A stretch of 64,000 nt of DNA from Macrostomum hystrix (taxonomy: Eukaryota; Animalia; Platyhelminthes). The notes beneath the pieces were generated by a model that worked only from the letters and a program-made list of their open reading frames with translations, made no database searches and had not been told where the DNA came from. The stretch covers positions 2,170,001-2,234,000 of the forward strand of contig CATNEN010000033.1 of assembly GCA_950097015.1 (NCBI GenBank), written 5' to 3'. Of the stretch, positions 13,026 to 24,525 are shown piece after piece. How positions within the stretch are numbered: position 1 is the stretch's first letter; each line of letters opens with the position of its first letter. The position numbers and the translations under genes are program-made.

Positions 13026-14467
13026 CTGTCTGCCTGTCTGTGCTGGGTGTCTGTGTGTGCTGGGTGTCTGTGTGTGCTGGGTGTCTGTGTGTGCTGGGTG
13101 TCTGTGTGTACTGGGTGTCTGTGTGTGCTGGGTGTCTGTGTGTGCTGGGTGTCTGTGTGTGCTGGGTGTCTGTGTGTGCTGGGTGTCTGTGTGTACTGGG
13201 TGTCTGTCTGTGCTGGGTGTCTGTGTGTACTGGGTGTCTGTCTGTGCTGGGTGTCTGTGTGTACTGGGTGTCTGTGTGTGCTGGGTGTCTGTGTGTGCTG
13301 GGTGTCTGTGTGTACTGGGTGTCTGTGTGTGCTGGGTGTCTGTGTGTGCTGGGTGTCTGTGTGTGCTGGGTGTCTGTGTGTGCTGGGTGTCTGTGTGTAC
13401 TGGGTGTCTGTCTGTGCTGGGTGTCTGTGTGTACTGGGTGTCTGTCTGTGCTGGGTGTCTGTGTGTGCTGGGTGTCTGTGTGTGCTGGGTGTCTCTCTGT
13501 CAAGTGCTGGGTGTCTGTGTGTGCTGGGTGTCTGTGTGTGCTAGGTGTCTGTGTGTGCTGGGTGTCTGTGTGTGCTGGGTGTCTGTATGTGCTGGGTGTC
13601 TGTATGTGCTGGGTGTCTGTGTGTGCTGGGTGTCTGTGTGTGCTAGGTGTCTGTGTGTGCTGGGTGTCTGTGTGTGCTGGGTGTCTGTATGTGCTGGGTG
13701 TCTGTGTGTGCTGGGTGTCTGTGTGTGCTGGGTGTCTGTCTGTGCTGGGTGTCTGTCTGTGCTGGGTGTCTGTGTGTGCTGGGTGTCTGTGTGTGCTGGG
13801 TGTCTGTGTGTGCTGGGTGTCTGTGTGTGCTGGGTGTCTGTGTGTGCTGGGTGTCTGTGTGTGCTGGGTGTCTGTGTGTGCTGGGTGTCTGTGTGTGCTG
13901 GGTGTCTGTGTGTGCTGGGTGTCTGTGTGTGCTGGGTGTCTGTCTGCCTGTCTGTGCTGGGTGTCTGTGTGTGCTGGGTGTCTGTGTGTGCTGGGTGTCT
14001 GTGTGTGCTGGGTGTCTGTCAAGTGCTGGGTGTCTGTCTGCCTGTCTGTGCTGGGTGTCTGTGTGTGCTGGGTGTCTGTGTGTGCTGGGTGTCTGTGTGT
14101 GCTGGGTGTCTGTCAAGTGCTGGGTGTCTGTCAAGTGCTGGGTGTCTGTCTGTCTGTGCTGGGTGTCTGACTGTCAAGTGCTGGGTGTCTGTGTGTGCTG
14201 GGTGTCTGTCTGTGCTGGGTGTCTGTCTGTGCTGGGTGTCTGTCTGTGCTGGGTGTCTGTCTGTGCTGGGTGTCTGTCAAGTGCTGGGTGTCTGTCAAGT
14301 GCTGGGTGTCTGTCTGTCTGTGCTGGTTGTCTGACTGTCAAGTGCTGGGTGTCTGTCTGTCTGTGCTGGGTGTCTGTCTGTGCTGGGTGTCTGTCTGTGC
14401 TGGGTGTCTGTCTGTGCTGGGTGTCTGTCTGTGCTGGGTGTCCGTCTGTCTGTGCTAGGTGTCTGTC
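13026..14467. repeat. 17-bp minisatellite (CTGGGTGTCTGTGTGTG)n
   Basis: 17-bp period gives the 17-aa CVLGVCVCWVSVCAGCL pseudo-ORFs in all frames. Confidence 0.96.
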
Positions 14468-14550
14468 CTAACTGTGATTCCTCTATACTTTGATTTTTCG
14501 CCTCTGGTCCAGTCAGGAATCTTGCATCCTTCTATTTGAGTAGTCCTTAC

Positions 14551-14868
14551 AGGCGTCTTGCTCTGCTCTTGGTTGAAAGCCCACTGCGCGATGCAGGCCT
14601 CTGAGACCACCGCAGCCAGAGCTCCGCTGGTGACCCAGTTCAGCCTGCGGTAAGCGGGAGCGGTCTCTTGACTGCCGATCAGTGTGTTGCCAGTTGTTCT
14701 CGGGCGAAACCGCAAACTGATTGTACTTTATCGATTCCCAATCGATCGCGGATTCCAAGGCACCAAGCAATGTGTGGCAGGCTGACACCAACCACAGCTG
14801 CACCCTGCTGCAGTGTCGGTTCAGTGGAATGGCGATGTCTTCGATGATGTCTTTGATGACAGCGCCGC
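14551..14868 (-). other. Orphan probable coding exon of an unidentified gene, with one apparent +1 frameshift
   Basis: AATATAG acceptor and CT|GTAAGG donor; GC3-rich codons reading GAVIKDIIEDIAIPLNRHCSRVQLWLVSACHTLLG... then GNTLIGSQETAPAYRRLNW... in the next frame. No partner exons found. Confidence 0.35.
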
Positions 14869-15830
14869 CTATATTCTGTAATAAAAATGTTTTTACTTCT
14901 CAACAAGTTAAGGACCTGTTAACTCACTACTGTAAGGTTGCATATATATATATTTTTACCATTAAAGTTTCACAAACACTTTTTATGCAGGTTGGTGTTC
15001 AGGCAGATCAGCTAGAGGATGAAGTGACCAGAGTTTAAGTAATGTGTTTGATTTAAGTACCCATATTTCAGACTAACCAATGGTCACTACTACTTTTAGT
15101 GACCATTATAGCAAGTAGTAGGGCATTTCTTGCTTTTGCTTTCAGAACATGACAATAAAAATAAAGACATCTAGATAAAGTGAAAGTCGTTTCAATTTGT
15201 AAAAAATGGAACCAACAACTATATAAAAATGAAAAGCAAACGAATCATCGGCTTGTTATACCGACATGACAATTGCTAAATCATGCACTTGAAATAACAG
15301 TTAGTTCAGGACCTCTCGACATTATTCTATACTACGCTCGTAGTGCTAATATAATAGAGTAAGTTCATATTTAGAATTCATCGTGCAATAAAGTGGATTG
15401 ACGTAAGGAAAAAGGACACTATGCTCAGCGCATTATAGGTTATAGCGTACGAATAGGATAGCATGGCTGAAAGGCAAAAACGTATTAAGTACAGTAAAGT
15501 AACTCTCTCCACTACAACATCTCTAATACTTCAAAACTCTACTCAGAGTAAAGTAACTAGTAATTTAAAGCTAATAAATAGTTGTCCTTGGCAAAACCTA
15601 ATAAATTAGTAGTAACAAAAACAGTTATGGAAGTACACGCGGTTGCACTAGACCGCGTTAGAGCTCTTATTACATGTGCTCGTTTTTACCTAACTATTTT
15701 TGTAAACACATAAGCGCTGTAAAGAACAAATAATTTGAATTGATGTTTTTAAAAACTAATACAATTTTATTAGAAAAAAAGTTGTCTAACGAAAAAGCTG
15801 GCGTTTAACTGCCCAGGTCATTTGCACCAG

Positions 15831-15849
15831 CCAATCAGAGAGTGCCATT
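15831..15849 (+). promoter_or_regulatory. CCAAT box with ERSE-like spacing (CCAAT-N9-CCATT) upstream of PDIA3
   Basis: CCAAT cagagagtg CCATT, ~135 nt before the ATG. The canonical ERSE is CCAAT-N9-CCACG, so the second half has 2 mismatches. Confidence 0.3.
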
Positions 15850-15983
15850 CTCGCCGCTCCTTTTGAAATGAGATTTGACGCGTGTAAATCAGCGCAAACT
15901 AATTTATTGTTAGTCTTCGACTTAGTAGCTCTGAGTTGTTTCTTTTTGCTTTCTTTGTTTCTAGCTTTTTATCTACCACTGTT

Positions 15984-18900
15984 ATGGCAAAGTTGCTGTT
16001 CGGCTGCATTCTCGCAGCTTTAACTGTGGCTGCTTTTGCATCTGACGTTCTGGAGTTCACGGATTCCAACTTTGATTCTCGAATCAAAGAGCTCGATATA
16101 GCACTAGTTGAGTTTTATGCCCCATGGTGAGTTTACGTAAAATCCATATTGTTAATTCTTAATTATATAAATGAGCTACTTAGTAACCAGTCGATGTCTT
16201 CCCTGATGGTTATGCATTTTAAACAGTAGGCCTAGCTGCATTGTACATGGTTTTCATAAAAGTTGTTTTTTTCTTATAAAATAGTAAAAATTTAGTAACA
16301 GTTTTATTCTTATTAGCTGTAAAATAAATGAGTGAAAGATTAATCTGCTAAAAAAGCCATGTATACATGATAATAGGTGGCATAATTTTTTTACATTTTA
16401 CAATTTGTATCCAAATGATAAATTACATGATCTACATTCTATAATGTCTCGTGCAATAATTTCATGTCAAATAGCCCATACCAATGATGTAGACCTAGTT
16501 GTTTCAATTTTACTAAAAGTGCATTAAGCTTTTAAGCTTAGTTTTTTATTTTCTACTAACCATGGTAGTTAGCTATATCTCGTATCTAATTATAGGCTCA
16601 ACTTGCTATAAAATGACAGTGTGTAATATAAACACCCAGAACAAGTGACAGATGGCGGGTGCAGAAGCAGGTTGGGTCCGGGAGCTATGGCAACACTACC
16701 TGCTTCAACAACTATATCATCCTGACCAGGATGGGATAACCCACTACTAGCTAGATTTGGGGGACTTTCCCCAGCTTCATCACCATTCTCACTTCCTACC
16801 ATCACTCAACAGAGAAAAAAAACAAAGATTCTAATCAAGGGGAAAGAAACCATAGGAAAAATGGAGAAACTTTGAATTGCAAATCAGATCATAAATTAAT
16901 TTAAATTAGTGACAGCCTTTATATACATAGAAATCTAACTAACTAATACTTAAGTCAGCACTAAGCTAATTGCTATCACCAACAATCTATCTGAGAAACA
17001 AATTTAAGTAAATAAATAATTAGAAACTCAGCTATGGCCTTTGCCACTGATGACAGATCCAGCACAGCCAGTCTTCAAGCACCAGTCAGCAGAACAGAAG
17101 CACAGGGTGGCCAGGCAGGTCCAGCAGCTTGGATGTACAGGTCGATAACCCAGGCCGCTCTGCAAATACTGGTCGGTCAGGCAGGATAGCCAACAATGGA
17201 CGGTAGAGGCCAATGCAGGGCACAGCCAGGTAGGATGCAGAATGTTGCAGGACGCAGGATGCGGCAGGACATAGGATGAAGGCACCATATCAGAAGAAGA
17301 CTCACGGCGATGTTGACTCACAGTTGGTAGATGAAGTAGTACAGTCTCAGTGTTGGTGGTACTTGGTGTTTAGTCAGTGGTAATGAGCACGGTAAACATG
17401 GTGGGACCTCCAAATAAATGTATGTAACACTCAAGGACTCGAAGGCTCAAATAACTTAATAAGAGTAAGGTTGGATTTGTGTAGCGGCGATGGACTGTCT
17501 AGTTATTTATTAAGATGTCGGTCATAACCTGCAAAGTTATTTAGATTGCCTTGTCTTAGTAGAAAAGTCTTAATTAAGCTCTAGCACTCAATATGCATCC
17601 AACACAACTTGTAACTGGCTAGGCCGAGGCATGAAATACTCAGCGAATCAGATTTTAAATATGGTGCACAGATATATGAAATATGGTATGCGACAACCGG
17701 ACTTTCAATAGTTGCATAAATAATGAATAATATATACTGTCATAGATTTAATATAGATAAATAGGAGACATTACACATAGACAAAATTCACTAAGAATAC
17801 AAAAATGCAATTCACATAGAAACTAAGAATTCCTAGACAAATAACGACAAACTACAATTACAAAATAAATGAAATTGTCACAATATAATTTACTCTAGCC
17901 AAATAGTTGCATTTGTCAATCCTGTACTTTCCTTGCACTTATTGTTTAGTACCTAATGTTTGCAAATATGGAAGAGACAGAGCACTATATATTTGCATTG
18001 CTTACATACACAGCAAAATGCCAGTGCTTTCCTCATTATAATATGACTCATACATGCGCAACACCCGGCCGAACCAGCCGGGTGAAACGAGGGCCAAGCA
18101 AGGTAAGTCGCAAAAACCAATTGACCAAGCGCAAAAAATGAAAGGGGGGACCAAGGGACACAAAAGGAAGGCGTGAAGAAAAGGAAAAAGGGGAGAGAAA
18201 AAGAGAGCAACTATATTAAATTTTGTTGTGTTGCTTTACCTTGTCTATTTAAATATAGCCATGCAATAGCAAAAATGTTATTATAATTTTTTGTAACATA
18301 AGTTAAAATAAGTTAAAATTTGTCAAAGAATAATATTCACGAGAATAAACAAATTAGCAGAGTAGAAGTCATACAGGCCAAATGGAGATAACTGTATGAC
18401 TATAGCTTATACTAAAAATAACAATGAAGTGGAACAACGGTGGGCACTCACTGACTTAGTTCCCAGGTCAGGCATGCATTTTTAATTACAACTCGATTAA
18501 AATGCTTGATCTGTGTCTCTAACCTAGCTCATCACCAAGGCAATGACTAAAATTTGACTAGACAGGCTACTAAGGCATTTTGTTTTGTCTATAGCTAGAT
18601 TCAACTATGATGCTAACATGGGACGTAATCCTGATTTCTGCAAGCGCAGCAAACTGATTACAAATTTACCAACATCTGAAACTAGTCATGAGAAAATAAA
18701 CAATCGACATATATGCATTGTTAAGACACAAACCCGATAGGCTAATGAAATACGGTCAACATCTATTGCAATCAGGTGTGGCCACTGCAAGCGTCTGGCG
18801 CCTCAGTATGAGGAGGCCGCCACCCGGCTAAAGTCCAATGACCCGCCAGTGCCGCTGGTTAAAGTCGACTGCACAGCCGAGACCGCCGTGTGTGGCAAAT

Positions 18901-21175
18901 TCGGCGTCAGTGGCTACCCGACGCTGAAGATCTTCAAGAACGGCGAACTCTCCTCCGACTATAACGGGCCTCGCGAAGCCGATGGCATTGTGAAGTACAT
19001 GAAGTCCAAAGCCGGACCGACCTCGCGTCAGCTGAAGGAAGCCGACGGCCTGGACAAACTGCTAGCTGGCCAGGAGCCATTCATTGTCGCATTCTTCTCC
19101 AGCGAGACAGCCAGCGGTCTCGCCGCCTTCAAGCAGGCTGCCGATGCGCTCAGCGAAGATTTTGCATTCGCCCACAGCGTGTCAGCCGATATCAACGCTA
19201 AGTTTGGATTCAATGATCAGATTGTCATCATGCGGCCAACTGTGCTGCACAACAAGTTCGAGCCTAACAACCTGGCCTATAGCGGCGCCTTGGACTCCTC
19301 TTCCATTCGCAGCTGGATCGAGGGCAACGTGTAAGTTAATTGCGCTGATTCTCCTGCTCAAACAGGTCTGCTCTATTAGTTTGTGCACATTCGTTTACTC
19401 AGATTTCTTTTAGTGAAATAGTCATACCTCGTTTTTCTGTTAAGCACGATCTAAGACCCTGATTTGAAACTATTAAAACTGAAGCCCTATAAGCTTAAAG
19501 TCCCACATAATTAAATCATACTACTGTGTGATAAATAGCTTCATAATTCCATAATTGCAATCCGATATCCTCCACTAATTGGGATTTTGATTTGGAGTGG
19601 CGAACCAGTAGCGCACACGACTTTCGTATCAAAGTCCATGAGTTCGAATCCACGGCTGGGTAATATTACGCTTGTATTTAAAAACGCAGCCGGTTGCTTG
19701 TCTGTTGCCAAATGATAGTCTTCTAGGATCTATTTGTCACAAGTTTATCGTTGATTTATATCAAAGCACAAATAAAATAAACCCAATTGGCTATCATGAC
19801 GCAGATACGGCCTAGTGGGTCACCGCACCTCCGGCAACAGCAAGTACTTCAAGCAGCCCCTGGTCACCGCATACTACGGCGTTGACTACGAGCGCAACCC
19901 TAAGGGCACCAACTACTGGCGCAACCGCATCATGAAGGTGGCTAAGAAGTACGCCGACTCCGGACTGCACTTCTCTGTGGCCAACGGCAAGACTTTGAGC
20001 TTTGAACTGTCCGAGTTTGGCATCGACTCGCCCGACGAGCAGAAGGTGTACATTGCCGCCAAGAATCACGCTGGACAGAAGTTCAAGATGGCCGAAGATT
20101 TCAGGTTGGTTGAATATTGCAACAATTAGCAGCTGTATAAATCCATAAACTGTTTATTTGAATTTAGAATTTATAGTTCACTGGGTTTTTTACCTTCTGC
20201 AGTCAGGGTCGTGCCTCAAAGTTGTAAGTTAGCGCTATCTTGTATTTAAATTTGTGCTCGGTTAAAGACTTTTCCTAGTCTCACTGTTTTTTTTTGTATG
20301 CGGAGGCTTTGGATTACCTCACGTCCGAACTGGCACTGAGCTTGTTGGATTCAGTTGAACCTAGCTCTGCCTAATCCTTTGCCGCCACGTGTCACTGCTG
20401 CACAAGCTGTCCTCAGCAACAGCTGGCTTCGATACTAAGGCCAAGGAAAACGAAGATCCCGTTATCTAATTTATATTCTAAGAAGAAAACAAATGTTTTC
20501 TTGCAATACACATTCGAATAGTCGTAGTTAATTTTTGCTCGATGAAAATTAGTGCTAGAAAAAATTCCTCTGGTTCGGAAGATTCCTTTCGATACTTTTT
20601 TCTTCAAACATGATTACTTATTACTGTTTAAAGTCTTCAGTAGTCTGTATAGCGCATGAGTTCTAATTTTACGATTACAATTATTTAATCCGCACCGCAG
20701 CATGGAGACTTTCGACGCCTTCCTGTCGGACATGCAGGCCGGCCGCCTGACCCCCTACCTGAAGTCTGAGCCTGAGCCAGAGTCCCAGTCGGCCCCAGTC
20801 AAGGTGGCCGTAGCCAAGAACTTTGACAAGCTGGTCAACGATCCCACCAAGGATGTCCTGATTGAGTTCTACGCTCCCTGGTGCGGCCACTGCAAGTCTC
20901 TGGCGCCAAAGTATGACGAGCTGGCTGAGAAGCTGGCCGGCGAGCCGGACATTGTCATCGCCAAGATGGACGCCACCGCCAACGATGTCCCCGCGCCCTA
21001 CGACGTGCGCGGCTTCCCCACAATCTACTTCGCTCCGAAGGGCGGCAAGTCGCAGCCCAAGCAGTACAACGGCGGCCGCGAGGTCAATGAGTTCATCACC
21101 TACCTGGCCAAGGAGGCCACGGACGAACTGCGCGGCTTCGACCGGTCCGGCAATCTCAAGAGGCACGACCTGTAG
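15984..21175 (+). CDS. PDIA3: Protein disulfide-isomerase A3 (ERp57/ERp60), 4 exons, 490 aa
   Basis: Exons 15984-16126, 18776-19330, 19805-20104, 20701-21175, all GT-AG with consistent phase (1473 nt). Signal peptide [19 protein letters not shown], two APWCGHCK sites, YGLVGHRT and [19 protein letters not shown] motifs typical of PDIA3, C-terminus RHDL. Confidence 0.97.
17399..17700 (-). mobile_element. Possible LTR-end plus tRNA-Gln primer-binding-site remnant in PDIA3 intron 1
   Basis: Minus strand reads ...GAGTGTTACA tacatttatt TGGAGGTCCCACC; the 13-mer is complementary to the tRNA-Gln 3' end GGTGGGACCTCCA. No second LTR or pol ORF seen; the outer boundary is a guess. Confidence 0.3.
19594..19660 (+). 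mobile_element. Degenerate tRNA-like (SINE head) fragment in PDIA3 intron 2
   Basis: A-box-like GTGGCGAACCAGTAGC and B-box GTTCGAATCC at tRNA spacing, but no intact cloverleaf. Confidence 0.35.
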
Positions 21176-22942
21176 AAGCTCCGCCTAGGTGGGACTTCTT
21201 TATCCAAGTTAAATTAGCTTTGGAATGCGGAACTGAGTGAAACAACATCTGCTCATTCATTTAAGTTGCGATCTAGAGATGACGTTGGGGTTAAACTGTC
21301 ACAACTCTAGGTGCGGGAATTTTACATTCTCCCTCACATGATGATAGGACTAAAGATTTGGATCATGTGATTAACAATCAAACCAAGTATGGATTAAAAT
21401 CTTACAATCTTTCCTGTTTAGCTATATTGTTAGTTTACTAAATTAATATCTGCCTTAACATATTTTGAAAGCGCTGCAGTGTCTATTCGAGCACAATTTT
21501 CTATAATTAGCACGCATTGATATCAACGGGCAAAGCTCACACACAAACACAGAATCCAGGCTTCCATTACATTTTAAAAGCTGCCCGCCACGCAGTCTCC
21601 CGTGTGCTCACCTGTTCATTAATAGACTGATCGTGTTGTCATTTATATTCCGTTCTACTCGCATAACAAGTTGGCAAAGCCTCCAATACAAAGAGCCTAC
21701 GAATCGAAGCCAGCCGTTCAAATAAGAAATCAAAATTGTTAAACTGCCTGTCCATTTTTTCATTCTTCAAATTGTTTTACGCAGTTTTCTTATAATTGGC
21801 CATAGTGAACTATTATTGAACCATTGATCATAGAGGCTAGAACAAATTCAACTAATTCAATAGCCCCGTTAATGCGGTGCCAAACCCCTTTAACTTCAGT
21901 TAAAATTGTTACATTGATAGTGTAGTATATTATAGTTTAACCGATTTTTTCTATCGTTTTGTTTTTTAATGATCACTTTTTTTCTTCTTTGTTGTGGTTT
22001 GACCCAGTAGCTAGACAGTTGCCATAATCCATAGCCTTAATCCCCCGGTTCTGGTGAGGCGCACATCACACGTTTATTTAATTGATAGGTTTATGACGGT
22101 GGTCACTCTGTTATGACAAAACACCTGCTCTATCTAGCTGTTGTTCGGGTGAATTGTGCAAACCAAATCATAATTTATTTGCCAATCCATGTGCAACTGA
22201 TGCAGCAAATACACAGCCGCACTGCCTGGAACACCAGCAAAGTATAACAATGCTTAATTTTTTTGAATTGCGCGTAGATTGTCGCGTCCCATTTAAATCT
22301 TAAAAGACGACGAAAGCTGTTAAAGTTTTTATTTTATTGATTGCCTAGCTGAGCTTCTAGGCTTACTGAATATATGTTATATGTATAACAATAACTTTAT
22401 TAAGGACACTAAATATACTTTGAATAATACACTTATGTACATGCTCTTGATGAACACGACCAGACAGGTAATCAAATTTAATCAGCAATCTAAATAGATT
22501 TACAGTATCTAGGTCATAAACTTATGTGATTCCCCCTTCGTTTGACTCGTTCGCAATTGAATAGAACTGTTGTGCCCTACGATGAGAAAGTCTGAGATAA
22601 GCGTGACATAGGAGTCAAGTCACGGTACGCGATTTAGGGGAAAACGAATTACGTCCTCGGTATTCAGAGAGGCTAGTGTGGAACACAAAAGCAGAATAAA
22701 TATATGTATACATAATAGTGTAATCATAAACAACACGATCATAAGTAGATCCAATGACAGTTATCTTGTACAAGTCTGTTTTGAAAATGTATTAAATCGA
22801 AAAAATAATAGATTTTGCAAATTAATAAACAAAATAGCAAAACGTTCAGGTCAGTGCCGAAGCGTCAGTAGTCGAACGCAAATCTACTAAGTCAACTAAA
22901 AAGACAATGAGAAACGGCCAGTAACCTCGATCCGCTCTCGCG

Positions 22943-24043
22943 CTAGTTCTGGCGAAGAGCGGCCAGGCGTTGGGACAGCTCGTCCTGGAAAATATAAAAA
23001 AAGATCAAATTAGATTTCATAAACCAGGCGCAAAATCTATTTTTAGTCTTGTGGCGGGAGTTGTATGCTACAGGGTGAGGAAACATGGGGTGGTGGGTCT
23101 ACGCTAGCCAATCAGCTTTGAAAAACGGGGCAGGAAAATTGATCGACTGATAAATCGGACAATCGTGAGCTAAATACAAACAGCTCTTTGATGCCAACTA
23201 ACGCCCTAGGCACAAAGCAGCAAGAAAGCTATGATTGACTCACCTGCTCCCCGGTGGCCGTGGCTGTGCCAACAGTGGAGCGGCCGCCCTCTGGCATCTG
23301 CATTTTCAACTCGATGCCGGCCTCGTCGGCAGCCTCCTGCATCAGCAAGTTAACTTCGCCTTCCGGAGCAGTCAGTGTGGATGTGTTGCACATGGTGCTC
23401 TCCATCACCTGAGACTGCACGTCCAGATTTTCAAATTCGCGCTCAAATCGCTCCATCAGCTGAGAGATCTGCTCCAGGTTCATGCTCTTCATGGCCGCCT
23501 CCATGCCTTTCACTACGCCGGCCATGCTCTTGGTCACCTGAGGAGTTAGTGGCGTGTCGGTGAAAGAAAGCTCTCTTATCTATTTTTAGTTTTCGCTTAC
23601 CTCTTTTCTCTTCCCTCCTCATTTCTGTTTTGCAATCTCAACTCCTCACTGTTCCCATTATCATCCTTGTTCCCATTCTTTTCCGTGTTCCCTTCCTCTC
23701 CTCCGTTCCTCTCCGCTTTCCTGCTCCCCTCCTCTTGTCTTTTCTCCTCTTCCCCGTAGCCCGCCCTCACCTGCTTAGTAGTGACGGCTGTCTGCACGCG
23801 GGCGGCCACTGCGTCAATTCGGGAGGCCATGCGGCGATAGTTGAGTGCCTGGTTCTTTTGCCTGATGGAATTCTCGGCGTGGATCTTGGCGCCGTCCATG
23901 TTGCCCTTCTGGATGGCCGTTCGCAGCTTGTTCTTCTCAACCTTCTCGTCCTTTTCACACTTTTTAGCATTGCGCTCTAAATCTTTGGCGGCGAATTTCA
24001 AATTAAACAGATGCTTCTCCATGTTGTTACCGCTGCTGAACAT
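22943..24043 (-). CDS. CHMP1B: Charged multivesicular body protein 1B (ESCRT-III), 3 exons, 202 aa
   Basis: Exons 24043-23771, 23537-23244, 22984-22943 (GT-AG, phase 0). MEKHLFNLKFAAK...VTKSMAGVVK...QDELSQRLAALRQN closely follows CHMP1B, including the C-terminal MIM. Confidence 0.96.
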
Positions 24044-24525
24044 CTTGAAGGCTGGAACTGGTGGGTGTTGCAAGCGGACTGAGGATTTACTCTAGCTCTT
24101 TCTCACACAGGTGCCAATATTTTATAATTTCCTAAAGCCCATTTCTAGTCAAAATTAGTTCTAGGGTCACACGAGAAGCCCCTGAATAGTACATTCTATG
24201 TTCTAGATCCGGTGTTCCCTTATTAGCTTGCCTGAATACGAGTTATATGATAAACTAGAAAATTCAAATAAACAAACTGATTAACTTTATAATGCGGATA
24301 ATAAAGAATGGCGAAAGCAAAATGATTGCACAGCAATTGTGAAAGACAAAACAATTTGAAATATTTATTTTGGGCGGTAAACTATTTAAGCAACGTTCTT
24401 TAAGACTTCTTTAGAGCACAAAAAGTACAAAAATATACAAGTAAAGCTAGCACTAAAGGGCAGAGTTTTGTAGATAAATTGTGTTGAGTTTGTAGGATAA
24501 TCTAACAATAGAATGTAGCTAGTGT

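Noticed and set aside
12982-14471. Cys/Val-rich 450-aa ORF resembling a metallothionein or keratin-associated protein
   Set aside because: The 17-bp period is not a multiple of 3 and the same peptide appears in all frames: a minisatellite artefact.
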